Counted from the stretch's first letter, positions 7,856 through 15,809 are shown. The stretch is DNA of 52,991 bases from a bacterium (GCA_037138855.1 JBAXHO010000003.1:1-52991); one strand, 5' to 3'. Numbers and translations: made by a program. Notes: generated by a model from the sequence alone, not told the origin.

Positions 7856-8080
7856 ATGACAAAACAATTAGAAATAACACCAGAAATACACCAAGCTTGG
7901 ATTGATGTTGAAAAACAAATGGCAAATTTTGATAAAAACGATCATGCGGCGGTAACTTCTCATAATCATATTGGCAATGCAATTTATGGTGAGAATTTAG
8001 ATCGAGCAAAAACTTTTATTTGCGAGAACTCTTTCGGCAAGATAGAGATTCAAGATTTAGACCATTTAGAGGTTTTATGA
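7856..8080 (+). CDS. Hypothetical protein
   Basis: SD aaggt; 74-aa ORF. Confidence 0.6.
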   Translation: MTKQLEITPEIHQAWIDVEKQMANFDKNDHAAVTSHNHIGNAIYGENLDRAKTFICENSFGKIEIQDLDHLEVL

Positions 8081-8145
8081 ACGACAATGATTCACAGGAA
8101 TATTATTACTATTGGGCAAGTCAAATTAACAAATAAGGGGAAAAA

Positions 8146-9102
8146 ATGTCATTAATTAAAAAACCAAACGAACTAACGCAAACAAAAATTAAGCTAAAAG
8201 GATTGATTTACGGCGTACCGGGTGCGGGCAAAACTTCTTTAGCATTATCAGCACCAAAACCGCTTTTAATAGATTTTGACAATGGTTTAAGACGAGTTGC
8301 AAAACAATATCAATCTGACAGCGTTCAAATCCAATCTTATCAAGACTTATTAGATATTCTCACAAAAGAAGATATTTCAGCTTACGAGACTATTGTGATC
8401 GACACGCTTGGCAAAATGGTTGACAGAATTGGTGACTGGCTGGCTTTGTCAAATCCAAAATTAAAACAATCAGATGGTCAACTATCGCAAAAAGGCTGGG
8501 GAAGTCTGAAAGGAGAGTTTCAAAGATTCTTAAAACTTTTGGAAGGTAAAAATAAATCAGCAATTTTTGTTTCACATGAGAGAGAAGAAAAAGTTGATGA
8601 TAAATTATACAAGCGAATTGATGTTTCTGGTTCGGCTGGTAAAGATGTTATTAAAGAACTTGATTTTGTTGGTTATATGTCAATTCAAGGCAATAAACGC
8701 ATAATTGATTTAGCTCCTAATGAATCATATTATACAAAAAACTCTTTGGGCATTAATTCAATTTTAGAATACAAACCTCTTGCTGGCATTAATAACTTTC
8801 TTTCAGAAGCCATCTTTGATGCCTACCAAGAAAAGCTTAAGAAAGATGAAGAGCTTGCAAAAGATTATGACGCTTTAATTGAAGAGCTAAAAATCAAAAT
8901 TGCCAATATTAAAGACTTGGAGCAACTAAACAGCTATTACAACGCAGTTTATAACAAGCACGATAAGCTTTGGTCTTCTTATCAGATGGAAGCTACCTTC
9001 TTAAAAGCTAAAGTTGAAGAGCTTGGTTGTGAGTTTGATGCTAAGGGTAAGGAGTTTAAAGTTAAGGCGGCAAAAGAAGAAACTAAAAAGGAGGGTAAGT
9101 AG
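8146..9102 (+). CDS. Sak4-like (AAA_24) phage recombination ATPase
   Basis: Walker A YGVPGAGKT, LLIDFDNG, TIVIDT, FVSHE, LDFVGY; adjacent to the exonuclease and near ssb. Confidence 0.85.
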   Translation: MSLIKKPNELTQTKIKLKGLIYGVPGAGKTSLALSAPKPLLIDFDNGLRRVAKQYQSDSVQIQSYQDLLDILTKEDISAYETIVIDTLGKMVDRIGDWLALSNPKLKQSDGQLSQKGWGSLKGEFQRFLKLLEGKNKSAIFVSHEREEKVDDKLYKRIDVSGSAGKDVIKELDFVGYMSIQGNKRIIDLAPNESYYTKNSLGINSILEYKPLAGINNFLSEAIFDAYQEKLKKDEELAKDYDALIEELKIKIANIKDLEQLNSYYNAVYNKHDKLWSSYQMEATFLKAKVEELGCEFDAKGKEFKVKAAKEETKKEGK

Positions 9103-9103
9103 T

Positions 9104-9286
9104 ATGGGATTTTTCAGAGGATTAGGGGAATTAGTTATTTCTCCAGTAAGAATAGTTACAAAAACAGCAGATAGCATGATTAATGATGATTGGGATGATG
9201 TAGATATTTTATCTCTAGGAACATCAAAAATCATAAAGAGCGTTGGTGAAGAAGCTGAAGATATTGAGGATGCTTTCGATGACTAA
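9104..9286 (+). CDS. Small acidic hypothetical protein
   Basis: ATG 9104 after gaggg; overlaps the next start. Confidence 0.55.
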   Translation: MGFFRGLGELVISPVRIVTKTADSMINDDWDDVDILSLGTSKIIKSVGEEAEDIEDAFDD

Positions 9287-9893
9287 ATACCTGATAACGC
9301 CTAGCCTTCTTTCGAGTTACGCTTACTACATCCAAGACGAATGGAAAAGCCCTGCGGAAAGTAGGGCTGACTTTTTGAGGACTTTAAGTAGAGAAAAATT
9401 CGCTCCAAACGAAGCTATGAAGAAAGGAAACGCTTTGGAAGATTCTATTAGTGGAAAAGCCAAAGGAATTCCAGCACCAGAAGGTCATCCAATTTATGAA
9501 ATTGGGAAGATAGTGAGTGGCGGGCTTTGGCAACAATCAGTCAAAAAAGAAATAAAAGTTGGCAATCAAGAGTTTTTACTTTACGGACGCACCGATGTTA
9601 TCAAGCGCGATACTGTTTATGATATTAAATTCACTAGCAATTATGAACTTGGTAAATTTTTAGACTCAAGCCAACACTTGATTTATCTTTATTGCTCTGA
9701 TTTGCCTAATTTTTCCTACCTTATCTCTGACGGCAAGGATTGGTGGAGAGAGGATTATGTTAACGATGGAAATGTAGAAAACAGGATTAAGTCAATGATT
9801 AGCGATTTTATGGGATATTTAGAAAACGACAAAGAAGCTAAGGAAATGTTTTTAACCAAATGGGAATCAAAAAACAATAACAATGCGCAATGA
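9279..9893 (+). CDS. PD-(D/E)XK phage exonuclease
   Basis: LYGRTDVI...VYDIKFT...SSQH.IY nuclease motifs; start at ATG 9279. Confidence 0.8.
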   Translation: MTKYLITPSLLSSYAYYIQDEWKSPAESRADFLRTLSREKFAPNEAMKKGNALEDSISGKAKGIPAPEGHPIYEIGKIVSGGLWQQSVKKEIKVGNQEFLLYGRTDVIKRDTVYDIKFTSNYELGKFLDSSQHLIYLYCSDLPNFSYLISDGKDWWREDYVNDGNVENRIKSMISDFMGYLENDKEAKEMFLTKWESKNNNNAQ

Positions 9894-9921
9894 AATATTA
9901 AAACAAATTAAGGGGGAGTAG

Positions 9922-10068
9922 ATGAAAGTAAAAGAACTAATAGCAAAGCTACAAGAGTTTGATGAGGAGTTGGAGGTTAAGATTTTTGATTATAATAGCT
10001 ATAAAGCTGCGCAGCTAGAAAAAGCTACACAAGAAAATAGTACAATTTATTTAGAGTGTGGTATTTAA
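9922..10068 (+). CDS. Small phage protein (MKVKELIAKLQEFD type, 48 aa; not in ORF track)
   Basis: Strong SD gggggag; common phage N-terminal pattern. Confidence 0.7.
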   Translation: MKVKELIAKLQEFDEELEVKIFDYNSYKAAQLEKATQENSTIYLECGI

Positions 10069-10103
10069 AAAAATGAAACTTTTATTTATAAATGGGGGAT
10101 AGA

Positions 10104-10328
10104 ATGAAAAGAGACTTTTGTGGAAATTGTGGTAAAGTTATTAATGGGTTTGTATATGGTCCTTGGTATGACAAAAGCTGCGGCAAATGCGTTAGAAAAG
10201 CTTTAAAAGAAGAAGAAAGAGAAGAAAGGAGACTACAAAAAGAAAAAGAAAAGATAGAAATGCAACAATTAAAAAAACAAAAATTAAAATTAGAAATAAA
10301 AAAATTAAAACAAATTAAGGGGGAGTAG
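10104..10328 (+). CDS. Zinc-finger plus coiled-coil small protein
   Basis: CGNC...CGKC and a charged helical tail. Confidence 0.6.
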   Translation: MKRDFCGNCGKVINGFVYGPWYDKSCGKCVRKALKEEEREERRLQKEKEKIEMQQLKKQKLKLEIKKLKQIKGE

Positions 10329-10511
10329 ATGAAAAATTTCTTAAAAAGATTATGGCAATGTAAATATCTTTTAATTGCTTTTGCAGTGTTTTTATATCAA
10401 GACAATAAGATTGACCAAATTTTTATTGCTATTTTTATAATTTTTTTTGCACTTGAAATAACAATGCAAGATTTGTTTGAAAAATATCTTGGAAAACAAA
10501 ACAAAAATTAA
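10329..10511 (+). CDS. Small membrane protein
   Basis: Two hydrophobic segments; strong SD. Confidence 0.6.
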   Translation: MKNFLKRLWQCKYLLIAFAVFLYQDNKIDQIFIAIFIIFFALEITMQDLFEKYLGKQNKN

Positions 10512-10614
10512 TGAGGGGATAGATGATTTATTTTTATGCAATTAGATAAATCTAAATTATTTTAGTTAAATTCACACCACCAAAAACCTAAATATTAATT
10601 AAACAAAGGAAAAA

Positions 10615-10881
10615 ATGAGTATATTTGAAGCAATAATTAATTGCCAAACAGAAGAAGTAAAAAGACTAATCGAAAATAAACTTGCAACTGCGTATGATTT
10701 AGAGCCTAACAGTTTCATTGGTAAAGAAGGAAATGTGGTTCATAGGAAAAAACCAAAAACAGCTTTGCAAATTGCTGAATTTTTAGGAAGAAATGAAATT
10801 GTAGAATATTTAAAATTAACAAATCAAATCGAGATAAATGAAAATCCCTTTCCTACAATCCAACAAGCCAAACTGGTCTAA
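10615..10881 (+). CDS. Ankyrin-repeat-like small protein
   Basis: IFEAIINCQTEEVKRLIE and KTALQIAEFLGRNEIVEYL resemble the ankyrin consensus. Confidence 0.6.
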   Translation: MSIFEAIINCQTEEVKRLIENKLATAYDLEPNSFIGKEGNVVHRKKPKTALQIAEFLGRNEIVEYLKLTNQIEINENPFPTIQQAKLV

Positions 10882-11386
10882 ATTGCAAGTCGAGCTTTCT
10901 GACGCAATTATGAAATATCTTGCTGGTGGGAAAGATTTTGAGGTTAGCTTCGACTTAATCAAAGAAAGCAAAACAAATAAGCAATTGCGCGGAATTTATC
11001 GCCTGATCCGTTTATTTGCTTTGAGACTAATCGAGAAACAAGGGAACTTTATCAGCGAGGACACGGCTAAGGAGCTTTTCAAATATCAATTTGGGATAAC
11101 TCGGTTGGCTAATTATGATGAGGCTTTTAGAGAAGCTTTGAAGATGAGAAGGGAGAAAGAGCTTTTAGGGCAGAAGATGCTTTTAAAAGATTTTAACTTT
11201 CTTGTCGAACAACTTCAGAAAACTTTTGAGGTTCCTAAATCTTTTGCTCTTTTAACTAAAGAGGAAGGGATGGAGCTTTTAAACAAAGTGCAAGAGGAGT
11301 TTGTGATAAATAGAGGCTGGCATGAGATGGTTCTTTTGCCAGATGAGGAAAGAGCGTTCAATGAATATTTTAAAATAAAGGAGTAA
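10838..11386 (+). CDS. NinB/Orf-like recombination protein
   Basis: KTNKQLRGIYRLI and KSFALLTKEEGMELL NinB-like pattern; located in the recombination module. Confidence 0.55.
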   Translation: MKIPFLQSNKPNWSKLQVELSDAIMKYLAGGKDFEVSFDLIKESKTNKQLRGIYRLIRLFALRLIEKQGNFISEDTAKELFKYQFGITRLANYDEAFREALKMRREKELLGQKMLLKDFNFLVEQLQKTFEVPKSFALLTKEEGMELLNKVQEEFVINRGWHEMVLLPDEERAFNEYFKIKE

Positions 11387-11390
11387 TAAA

Positions 11391-11426
11391 ATGGCAGTAA
11401 ATAAAGTAATAAATTTATTTGACTAG
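11391..11426 (+). pseudogene. Orphaned 5' end of the original ssb gene (MAVNKVINLFD*)
   Basis: SD aaggag plus ATG; MAVNKVI matches the canonical SSB N-terminus (xVNKVILIG). Confidence 0.7.
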
Positions 11427-11446
11427 TGAAATTTAGAATATAAGAT
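11419..11446 (+). promoter_or_regulatory. Putative sigma70 promoter for the HNH gene
   Basis: TTGACT-N16-TAAGAT. Confidence 0.5.
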
Positions 11447-11485
11447 GGTATATATTATCCAATATAAATCTAATATAATTATATT

Positions 11486-11986
11486 ATGCCAGCAGCAATC
11501 CCTCCTTTTAAAAGGTTATTAAGCAATTATAAAGTTAATGAATTAGGTTGTTGGATATGGCAAGGCTCTATTGCGTCCAACTATGGACAAATAAAAGTAT
11601 TTGGAAAAATGAGAACTACTCATAAATATTCATATGAGCTGCATAAAGGAAATATAGATATTGGTTTTGAGGTAATGCATTTGTGTAATAATAAACTATG
11701 TATTAATCCCGATCATTTAAAAAAGGGGACTCATAAACAAAATATGCAACAAGCCGTTAAAGATAAGTTGTTAGATCATAGTAAAATTAAGTATAGAGGA
11801 GTTAGTGGAGTTAAAAGAAGTCAGTCAAAACAGGTTTTTGTAAAAGGAAAAGCTTATGGAAGCCTGAATGAGGCTGAAAAGAAATTAGAAGTTGGCTCTG
11901 GCACGGTGGCTTATTGGATAAAAAATAAACCCGATGTAGCTAGATTCATTTCTAAGGAAGAATATATCAATTTAATAAATAAATAA
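11486..11986 (+). CDS. Free-standing HNH homing endonuclease (HNH_3 with C-terminal DNA-binding HTH)
   Basis: CWIWQG, HKYSYELHKG, VMHLCNNKLCINPDHL, GTHKQN; YGSLNEAEKKL tail. Confidence 0.9.
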   Translation: MPAAIPPFKRLLSNYKVNELGCWIWQGSIASNYGQIKVFGKMRTTHKYSYELHKGNIDIGFEVMHLCNNKLCINPDHLKKGTHKQNMQQAVKDKLLDHSKIKYRGVSGVKRSQSKQVFVKGKAYGSLNEAEKKLEVGSGTVAYWIKNKPDVARFISKEEYINLINK

Positions 11987-11987
11987 A

Positions 11988-12431
11988 ATGGCTACATTAA
12001 ATAGCTGCCGATTTATTGGCAGAATGGGTGGAAAACCAGAAATTAAACAAATGAACAACGGTAAAGAGGTTGCTTCATTTTCTTTAGCAATAGATCAATC
12101 TTATAAAAAAGATGGTCAAAAAATTTCCAAGACTGAATGGGTAAAAATATCCGTATTCACCGAAGGATTAATTAATCTTATCAGAAATTATACGGATAAA
12201 GGAAGCCTAATCTATGTAGAAGGCTCAATCCAAACCAGAAAATGGACTGATAAAGAAGGCATCGAAAGATTTACAACTGAAATCATTTTGCAGGGTTTTA
12301 ATTCAACTATTCAATTGTTGGATGGCAAAAAGGATGGTGAAGTTTCGCAACATGCAATCGACAAGGGCAATGGTTATGCGCCAGAGTCTAATAATGTTGA
12401 GGAAGATCTGGACGGCGAATGTCCTTTTTAA
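11988..12431 (+). CDS. ssb: Single-stranded DNA-binding protein
   Basis: OB-fold motifs TEW, KGSLIYVEGSIQTRKWTDKEG.ERFTTEI; acidic tail DLDGECPF. Confidence 0.95.
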   Translation: MATLNSCRFIGRMGGKPEIKQMNNGKEVASFSLAIDQSYKKDGQKISKTEWVKISVFTEGLINLIRNYTDKGSLIYVEGSIQTRKWTDKEGIERFTTEIILQGFNSTIQLLDGKKDGEVSQHAIDKGNGYAPESNNVEEDLDGECPF

Positions 12432-12457
12432 CTGACAATATCAATATTAAATAAAAC

Positions 12458-12865
12458 ATGGATTACCAAAGAAAACAATTAGCTGAAATTTGCGATAAGT
12501 TGTCTAAAATTTCTTTAGAAGAGAAGGCTGCTAAATTCGCAGAATTGGCAAATTCCAATGGGACAATAGACTTGGCAACTATAATCAACGCTATTGTGAC
12601 TCATATAGAAGGGCGAGATGGTTTTGCTATGCCTGATTTAATTATTTCGTTCTATCAAGTGCGTTTTGATATAGGAATGGTTAATGAAGATTTAAATGTA
12701 AAATATAAGTCAAATTATCCTCATTCTTACCGTGGAAATTGGATTTATGAAGCTTGTTTAGACATATACTTAGGGCTTTATGAATTTGGGTTCATGAATT
12801 ACAGAAACGAAACAATTTATAATTTACTAAGAGAGCGTCCATCTCAACAAAGAGTGATTAAATAA
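12458..12865 (+). CDS. Hypothetical protein
   Basis: 135-aa ORF in operon. Confidence 0.6.
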   Translation: MDYQRKQLAEICDKLSKISLEEKAAKFAELANSNGTIDLATIINAIVTHIEGRDGFAMPDLIISFYQVRFDIGMVNEDLNVKYKSNYPHSYRGNWIYEACLDIYLGLYEFGFMNYRNETIYNLLRERPSQQRVIK

Positions 12866-12867
12866 AA

Positions 12868-13050
12868 ATGAAAACAGAACATTACAAAGACAACCTTAAC
12901 CAGAAAATCATTGTCCATTATTTTAATGGCAATGCCCAAGTCGAAGTCGAGGGTAAGAATGTTAAACAAGTTCTTACTCTTGCTCGGCTTGATATAAAAA
13001 AGAATAGCGAAGAGTGGAAATTAATTGAAGGAGGTAAAAAATGTGGCTAG
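12868..13050 (+). CDS. Hypothetical protein
   Basis: Coupled ORF. Confidence 0.55.
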   Translation: MKTEHYKDNLNQKIIVHYFNGNAQVEVEGKNVKQVLTLARLDIKKNSEEWKLIEGGKKCG

Positions 13051-13274
13051 GATTATATTTGATTGCTTTTATTTTGAATGCTTTTGGATTAATGAGCATT
13101 TTTTGTTATCCTAAGAATAGCCTCGAAAAATATTTGTTAGTCGTTTTTAAATATTTTGGAAAATTAGGAGTGGTTTTTACTTTGCTAATCACAATCTCCT
13201 ATTGCGCCTTCATGTTAATAGATTTGGACTATATTAAGATTTACTTTGTGCAAAAAATTGAAAATAACCATTGA
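13041..13274 (+). CDS. Small two-TM membrane protein
   Basis: SD ggagg; two hydrophobic segments. Confidence 0.6.
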   Translation: MWLGLYLIAFILNAFGLMSIFCYPKNSLEKYLLVVFKYFGKLGVVFTLLITISYCAFMLIDLDYIKIYFVQKIENNH

Positions 13275-13758
13275 AAACGAATTTACTGATAGGCGCATAA
13301 CAATTAAAAGACCTGCTAATATGATTAAAGACATTCGCATTCAAAACTATTGCGGCATAACCGATTTAAAAATTAATGATTGCAAACGGATCAATTTGCT
13401 GGTTGGTAAAAATGGAGTTGGAAAGGAAGAAATATTGCGGTTTGTTTTTGATATAGGGTTGCTTTATAAGGTAAGTTTTAAATGTTTTAGTGAAATAGAA
13501 TATGGCTTACATTATACCGATATGAAAGATTTTTGGTTACAAATTATTGAATTTTCTATTTCAAATACTGTACAGGTTTTTGCCACAACTCACTCTTACG
13601 AAATGATTAAAGCGTTAGTTGAAGCAGCAAAAGAAACTAATCTTATTAAACAAGATGAAATCAGGCTTTATCGGATTAACAAAACTCAAAAAAATCCTAC
13701 AAAATTTGACTCTACTCAAATTGATAAGTTCATAAAACTAGAATGGGAGGTTAGATAA
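13258..13758 (+). CDS. Minimised ABC-type (AAA_15/AAA_21-like) ATPase with degenerate motifs; start is TTG 13258 or ATG 13321
   Basis: IRIQNY, INLLVGKNGVGKE (Walker A), FSEIEYGLH (Walker B/D-loop), QVFATTHS (H-loop); central domain absent. Confidence 0.75.
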   Translation: MKITIENEFTDRRITIKRPANMIKDIRIQNYCGITDLKINDCKRINLLVGKNGVGKEEILRFVFDIGLLYKVSFKCFSEIEYGLHYTDMKDFWLQIIEFSISNTVQVFATTHSYEMIKALVEAAKETNLIKQDEIRLYRINKTQKNPTKFDSTQIDKFIKLEWEVR

Positions 13759-13763
13759 TAAAA

Positions 13764-13922
13764 ATGAGAATAACAATTGAAGATGAGGCTAACAATCAGA
13801 AAATAATACTTGAAAGAGACGCAATTAATTTAGAAGAAATGCTTAATATGCTTGAAGACGCATTACGCGGATCAGGATTTAACTTTAAAGGACATTTGGA
13901 GATTGTGGAAGATGAAAAATAA
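13764..13922 (+). CDS. Small hypothetical protein (52 aa; not in ORF track)
   Basis: MRITIEDEANNQKIILERD...GHLEIVEDEK*; SD ggagg; overlaps the TrpRS start. Confidence 0.65.
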   Translation: MRITIEDEANNQKIILERDAINLEEMLNMLEDALRGSGFNFKGHLEIVEDEK

Positions 13923-14709
13923 GAAAATTGTGGTTAGTGGCATTCAGCCTACAGGAAATTTACACTTAGGAAATTATCTTGGCGCAATTAAACAATGGAA
14001 AGAATTGCAGGAAAATCCTGAATATGAATGCATATTTGGAATTATGGATTTGCACGCGATGACAACAAAGCCAACCATCCCTAATGATAATGAAATTTGC
14101 GGAGAATCTTACGATACTTTTGTGCAATTGATTAAGCTTGGAATTTCTTACAAAAATGTATTTTATCAGTCGCAAAATGTCTCAATTGTACGAATGTACT
14201 GGAAATTGGCTTGTAACACTTCAATCGGACAACTTAATCGCATGACCCAATTTAAAGAGAAATCTGACAAAGGAAATGAAAACCTCGGTTTATTCTCTTA
14301 CCCTGTTTTAATGGCTGCCGACATTCTTGCTCTTGAGGCTGATTTAGTGCCAGTTGGAGAAGATCAAAAGCAACATTTAGAACTCGCAAGAGACTTAGCT
14401 AAAAAACTTGGATTGAAAGTACCAGAGCCTCTTATTTCTGAATCATGCGGGCGTATTATGTCCTTGACTGATCCAGCTAAAAAAATGAGCAAATCTGATC
14501 CGAATGACAATTCACGGATTAATTTAAATGATGAGGCTGAAACCATTAAAAAGAAAATTGGGAAAGCAGTTACAACGCCAGAAGGAATTAAAAATCTTGA
14601 AACTATATTTTATGGATGTGGTGGAAAAGGTGCTTTAATTTGGCAAAATGCAAAAGGTGCTAAAGAAGAATTAGCCGAACATATAATTAAGGAATTAAAT
14701 GCAAAATGA
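13912..14709 (+). CDS. trpS: Tryptophanyl-tRNA synthetase, shortened (265 aa)
   Basis: SGIQPTGNLHLGNYLGA (HIGH-like), DLHAMT, RMTQFKEK, YPVLMAADIL, VPVGEDQKQHLELARD, KKMSKS. Confidence 0.93.
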   Translation: MKNKKIVVSGIQPTGNLHLGNYLGAIKQWKELQENPEYECIFGIMDLHAMTTKPTIPNDNEICGESYDTFVQLIKLGISYKNVFYQSQNVSIVRMYWKLACNTSIGQLNRMTQFKEKSDKGNENLGLFSYPVLMAADILALEADLVPVGEDQKQHLELARDLAKKLGLKVPEPLISESCGRIMSLTDPAKKMSKSDPNDNSRINLNDEAETIKKKIGKAVTTPEGIKNLETIFYGCGGKGALIWQNAKGAKEELAEHIIKELNAK

Positions 14710-14839
14710 ATTTGAGATTGCTGACTTTCAAAGTTTAGAAGAAATAGAGCAGCAAATTATAATACTATTCAAAGCCAAAAGACTTATTTTAGAAAGAGAA
14801 TTAAATAAGATTGATAATTTTTTAAAAATTGAAACTTAG
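14699..14839 (+). CDS. Small coiled-coil protein (46 aa; not in ORF track)
   Basis: SD aagga; overlaps the trpS stop. Confidence 0.5.
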   Translation: MQNEFEIADFQSLEEIEQQIIILFKAKRLILERELNKIDNFLKIET

Positions 14840-14840
14840 C

Positions 14841-14873
14841 GAGATTAATTAGAGATTAACTAGAGATTTATTA
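14841..14873. repeat. 3x11-bp imperfect tandem repeat (gagattaatta / gagattaacta / gagatttatta)
   Basis: Read directly in the intergenic region. Confidence 0.7.
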
Positions 14874-14941
14874 GAAGAACCGCAGCTATACCTTGATAGC
14901 AAAGGATCGGCAACCGATTAAATATAAAATAAAAGTAGAAA

Positions 14942-15325
14942 ATGAATGCTAGAATTTTTAATAAAACAGAAATAAAAAATGGTAAAGAAATTATTGGCTA
15001 CATTCAATTGGTAAGATACCAAGCGAAAGGTGGGCTTCCTCATATTGAATATTCGCTTATTGAAAATTACTGGAATCAACAAATAATGTCTGTCGAGTTG
15101 CCAAAGTTTCTTAAAAAATGTAAAAAACTAGAAATACCGAGATTGATAGCAATGGTTGAGAAGAATAATAAGACTTCAATTAGATTGCTTGAAAAAAACA
15201 AGTTTATCAAAATTGCTACTTTTGATGACAAGTTTGGATATGTACTAGCTCAAGATTTAATGTTAGAGATTGGGATATTTAATAAGAACGCAATTAAAAG
15301 CATGGGAGCTATAAATGGCAAATAA
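14942..15325 (+). CDS. RimJ/RimL-like GNAT-fold protein, truncated and degenerate
   Basis: IIGYIQL, HIEYSLIENYWNQQIM and IAMVEKNNKTSIRLLEKNKF match the Acetyltransf_3 pattern. Confidence 0.65.
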   Translation: MNARIFNKTEIKNGKEIIGYIQLVRYQAKGGLPHIEYSLIENYWNQQIMSVELPKFLKKCKKLEIPRLIAMVEKNNKTSIRLLEKNKFIKIATFDDKFGYVLAQDLMLEIGIFNKNAIKSMGAINGK

Positions 15326-15809
15326 TATTTTTTTCATCAGCGATACTCATTTTGGACACAGCAGTATTCTTAATTTTAGAGATAACCAAAATAATCCAGT
15401 CCGTCCCTTTGCAAGTATTGAAGAAATGAACGAGACTTTAATTGACAATTGGAATAAAGTTGTGCGCCCTCAAGATAAAATTTACCATTTAGGAGACGTG
15501 GCAATTCCAAGAAAAGGCTTAGATTGTCTTGCTAAATGTAATGGCGATAAAATTTTAGTGCGCGGCAATCATGATATTTTTAAACTCAAAGATTATACTA
15601 AATATTTCCGAGATGTTCGCGGATATGTTGTGTTAGAAAATTATTTAGCAAGCCATATTCCAGTTCATCCTGATTCAAAAGGAAGGTTTAAAAAGAATAT
15701 TCATGGTCATTTGCATACTAATAACTTGGAAGATGATTTTTATATTAATGTTTCGGTTGAGCAAATAAACTTTACCCCTATCGCTTGGGAAGAGGTAAAA
15801 TTAAAATGA
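15315..15809 (+). CDS. Calcineurin-like metallophosphoesterase
   Basis: SDTHFGH, HLGD, RGNHD, SHIP and HGHLH motifs. Confidence 0.92.
   Translation: MANNIFFISDTHFGHSSILNFRDNQNNPVRPFASIEEMNETLIDNWNKVVRPQDKIYHLGDVAIPRKGLDCLAKCNGDKILVRGNHDIFKLKDYTKYFRDVRGYVVLENYLASHIPVHPDSKGRFKKNIHGHLHTNNLEDDFYINVSVEQINFTPIAWEEVKLK

Larger units (their letters stand above)
9897..10334. repeat. 31-bp direct repeat (attaaaacaaattaagggggagtagatgaaa) at 9897-9927 and 10304-10334
   Basis: Identical copies read directly; each spans a stop, SD and start. Confidence 0.9.

Noticed and set aside
11427-11987. Group I intron in ssb
   Set aside because: The flanks of the HNH ORF are short, AT-rich and unstructured with no P7 core, and the downstream ssb has its own complete start
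13852-13911. N-terminal extension of TrpRS given by the ORF track (TTG 13852)
   Set aside because: It overlaps a better upstream ORF (13764..13922), and TrpRS similarity starts at ATG 13912
13912-14839. TGA-to-Trp recoding suggested by the phage TrpRS
   Set aside because: Long genes are intact in the standard code, TGA serves as a normal stop in many ATGA overlaps, and readthrough of the trpS TGA does not restore a TrpRS C-terminus
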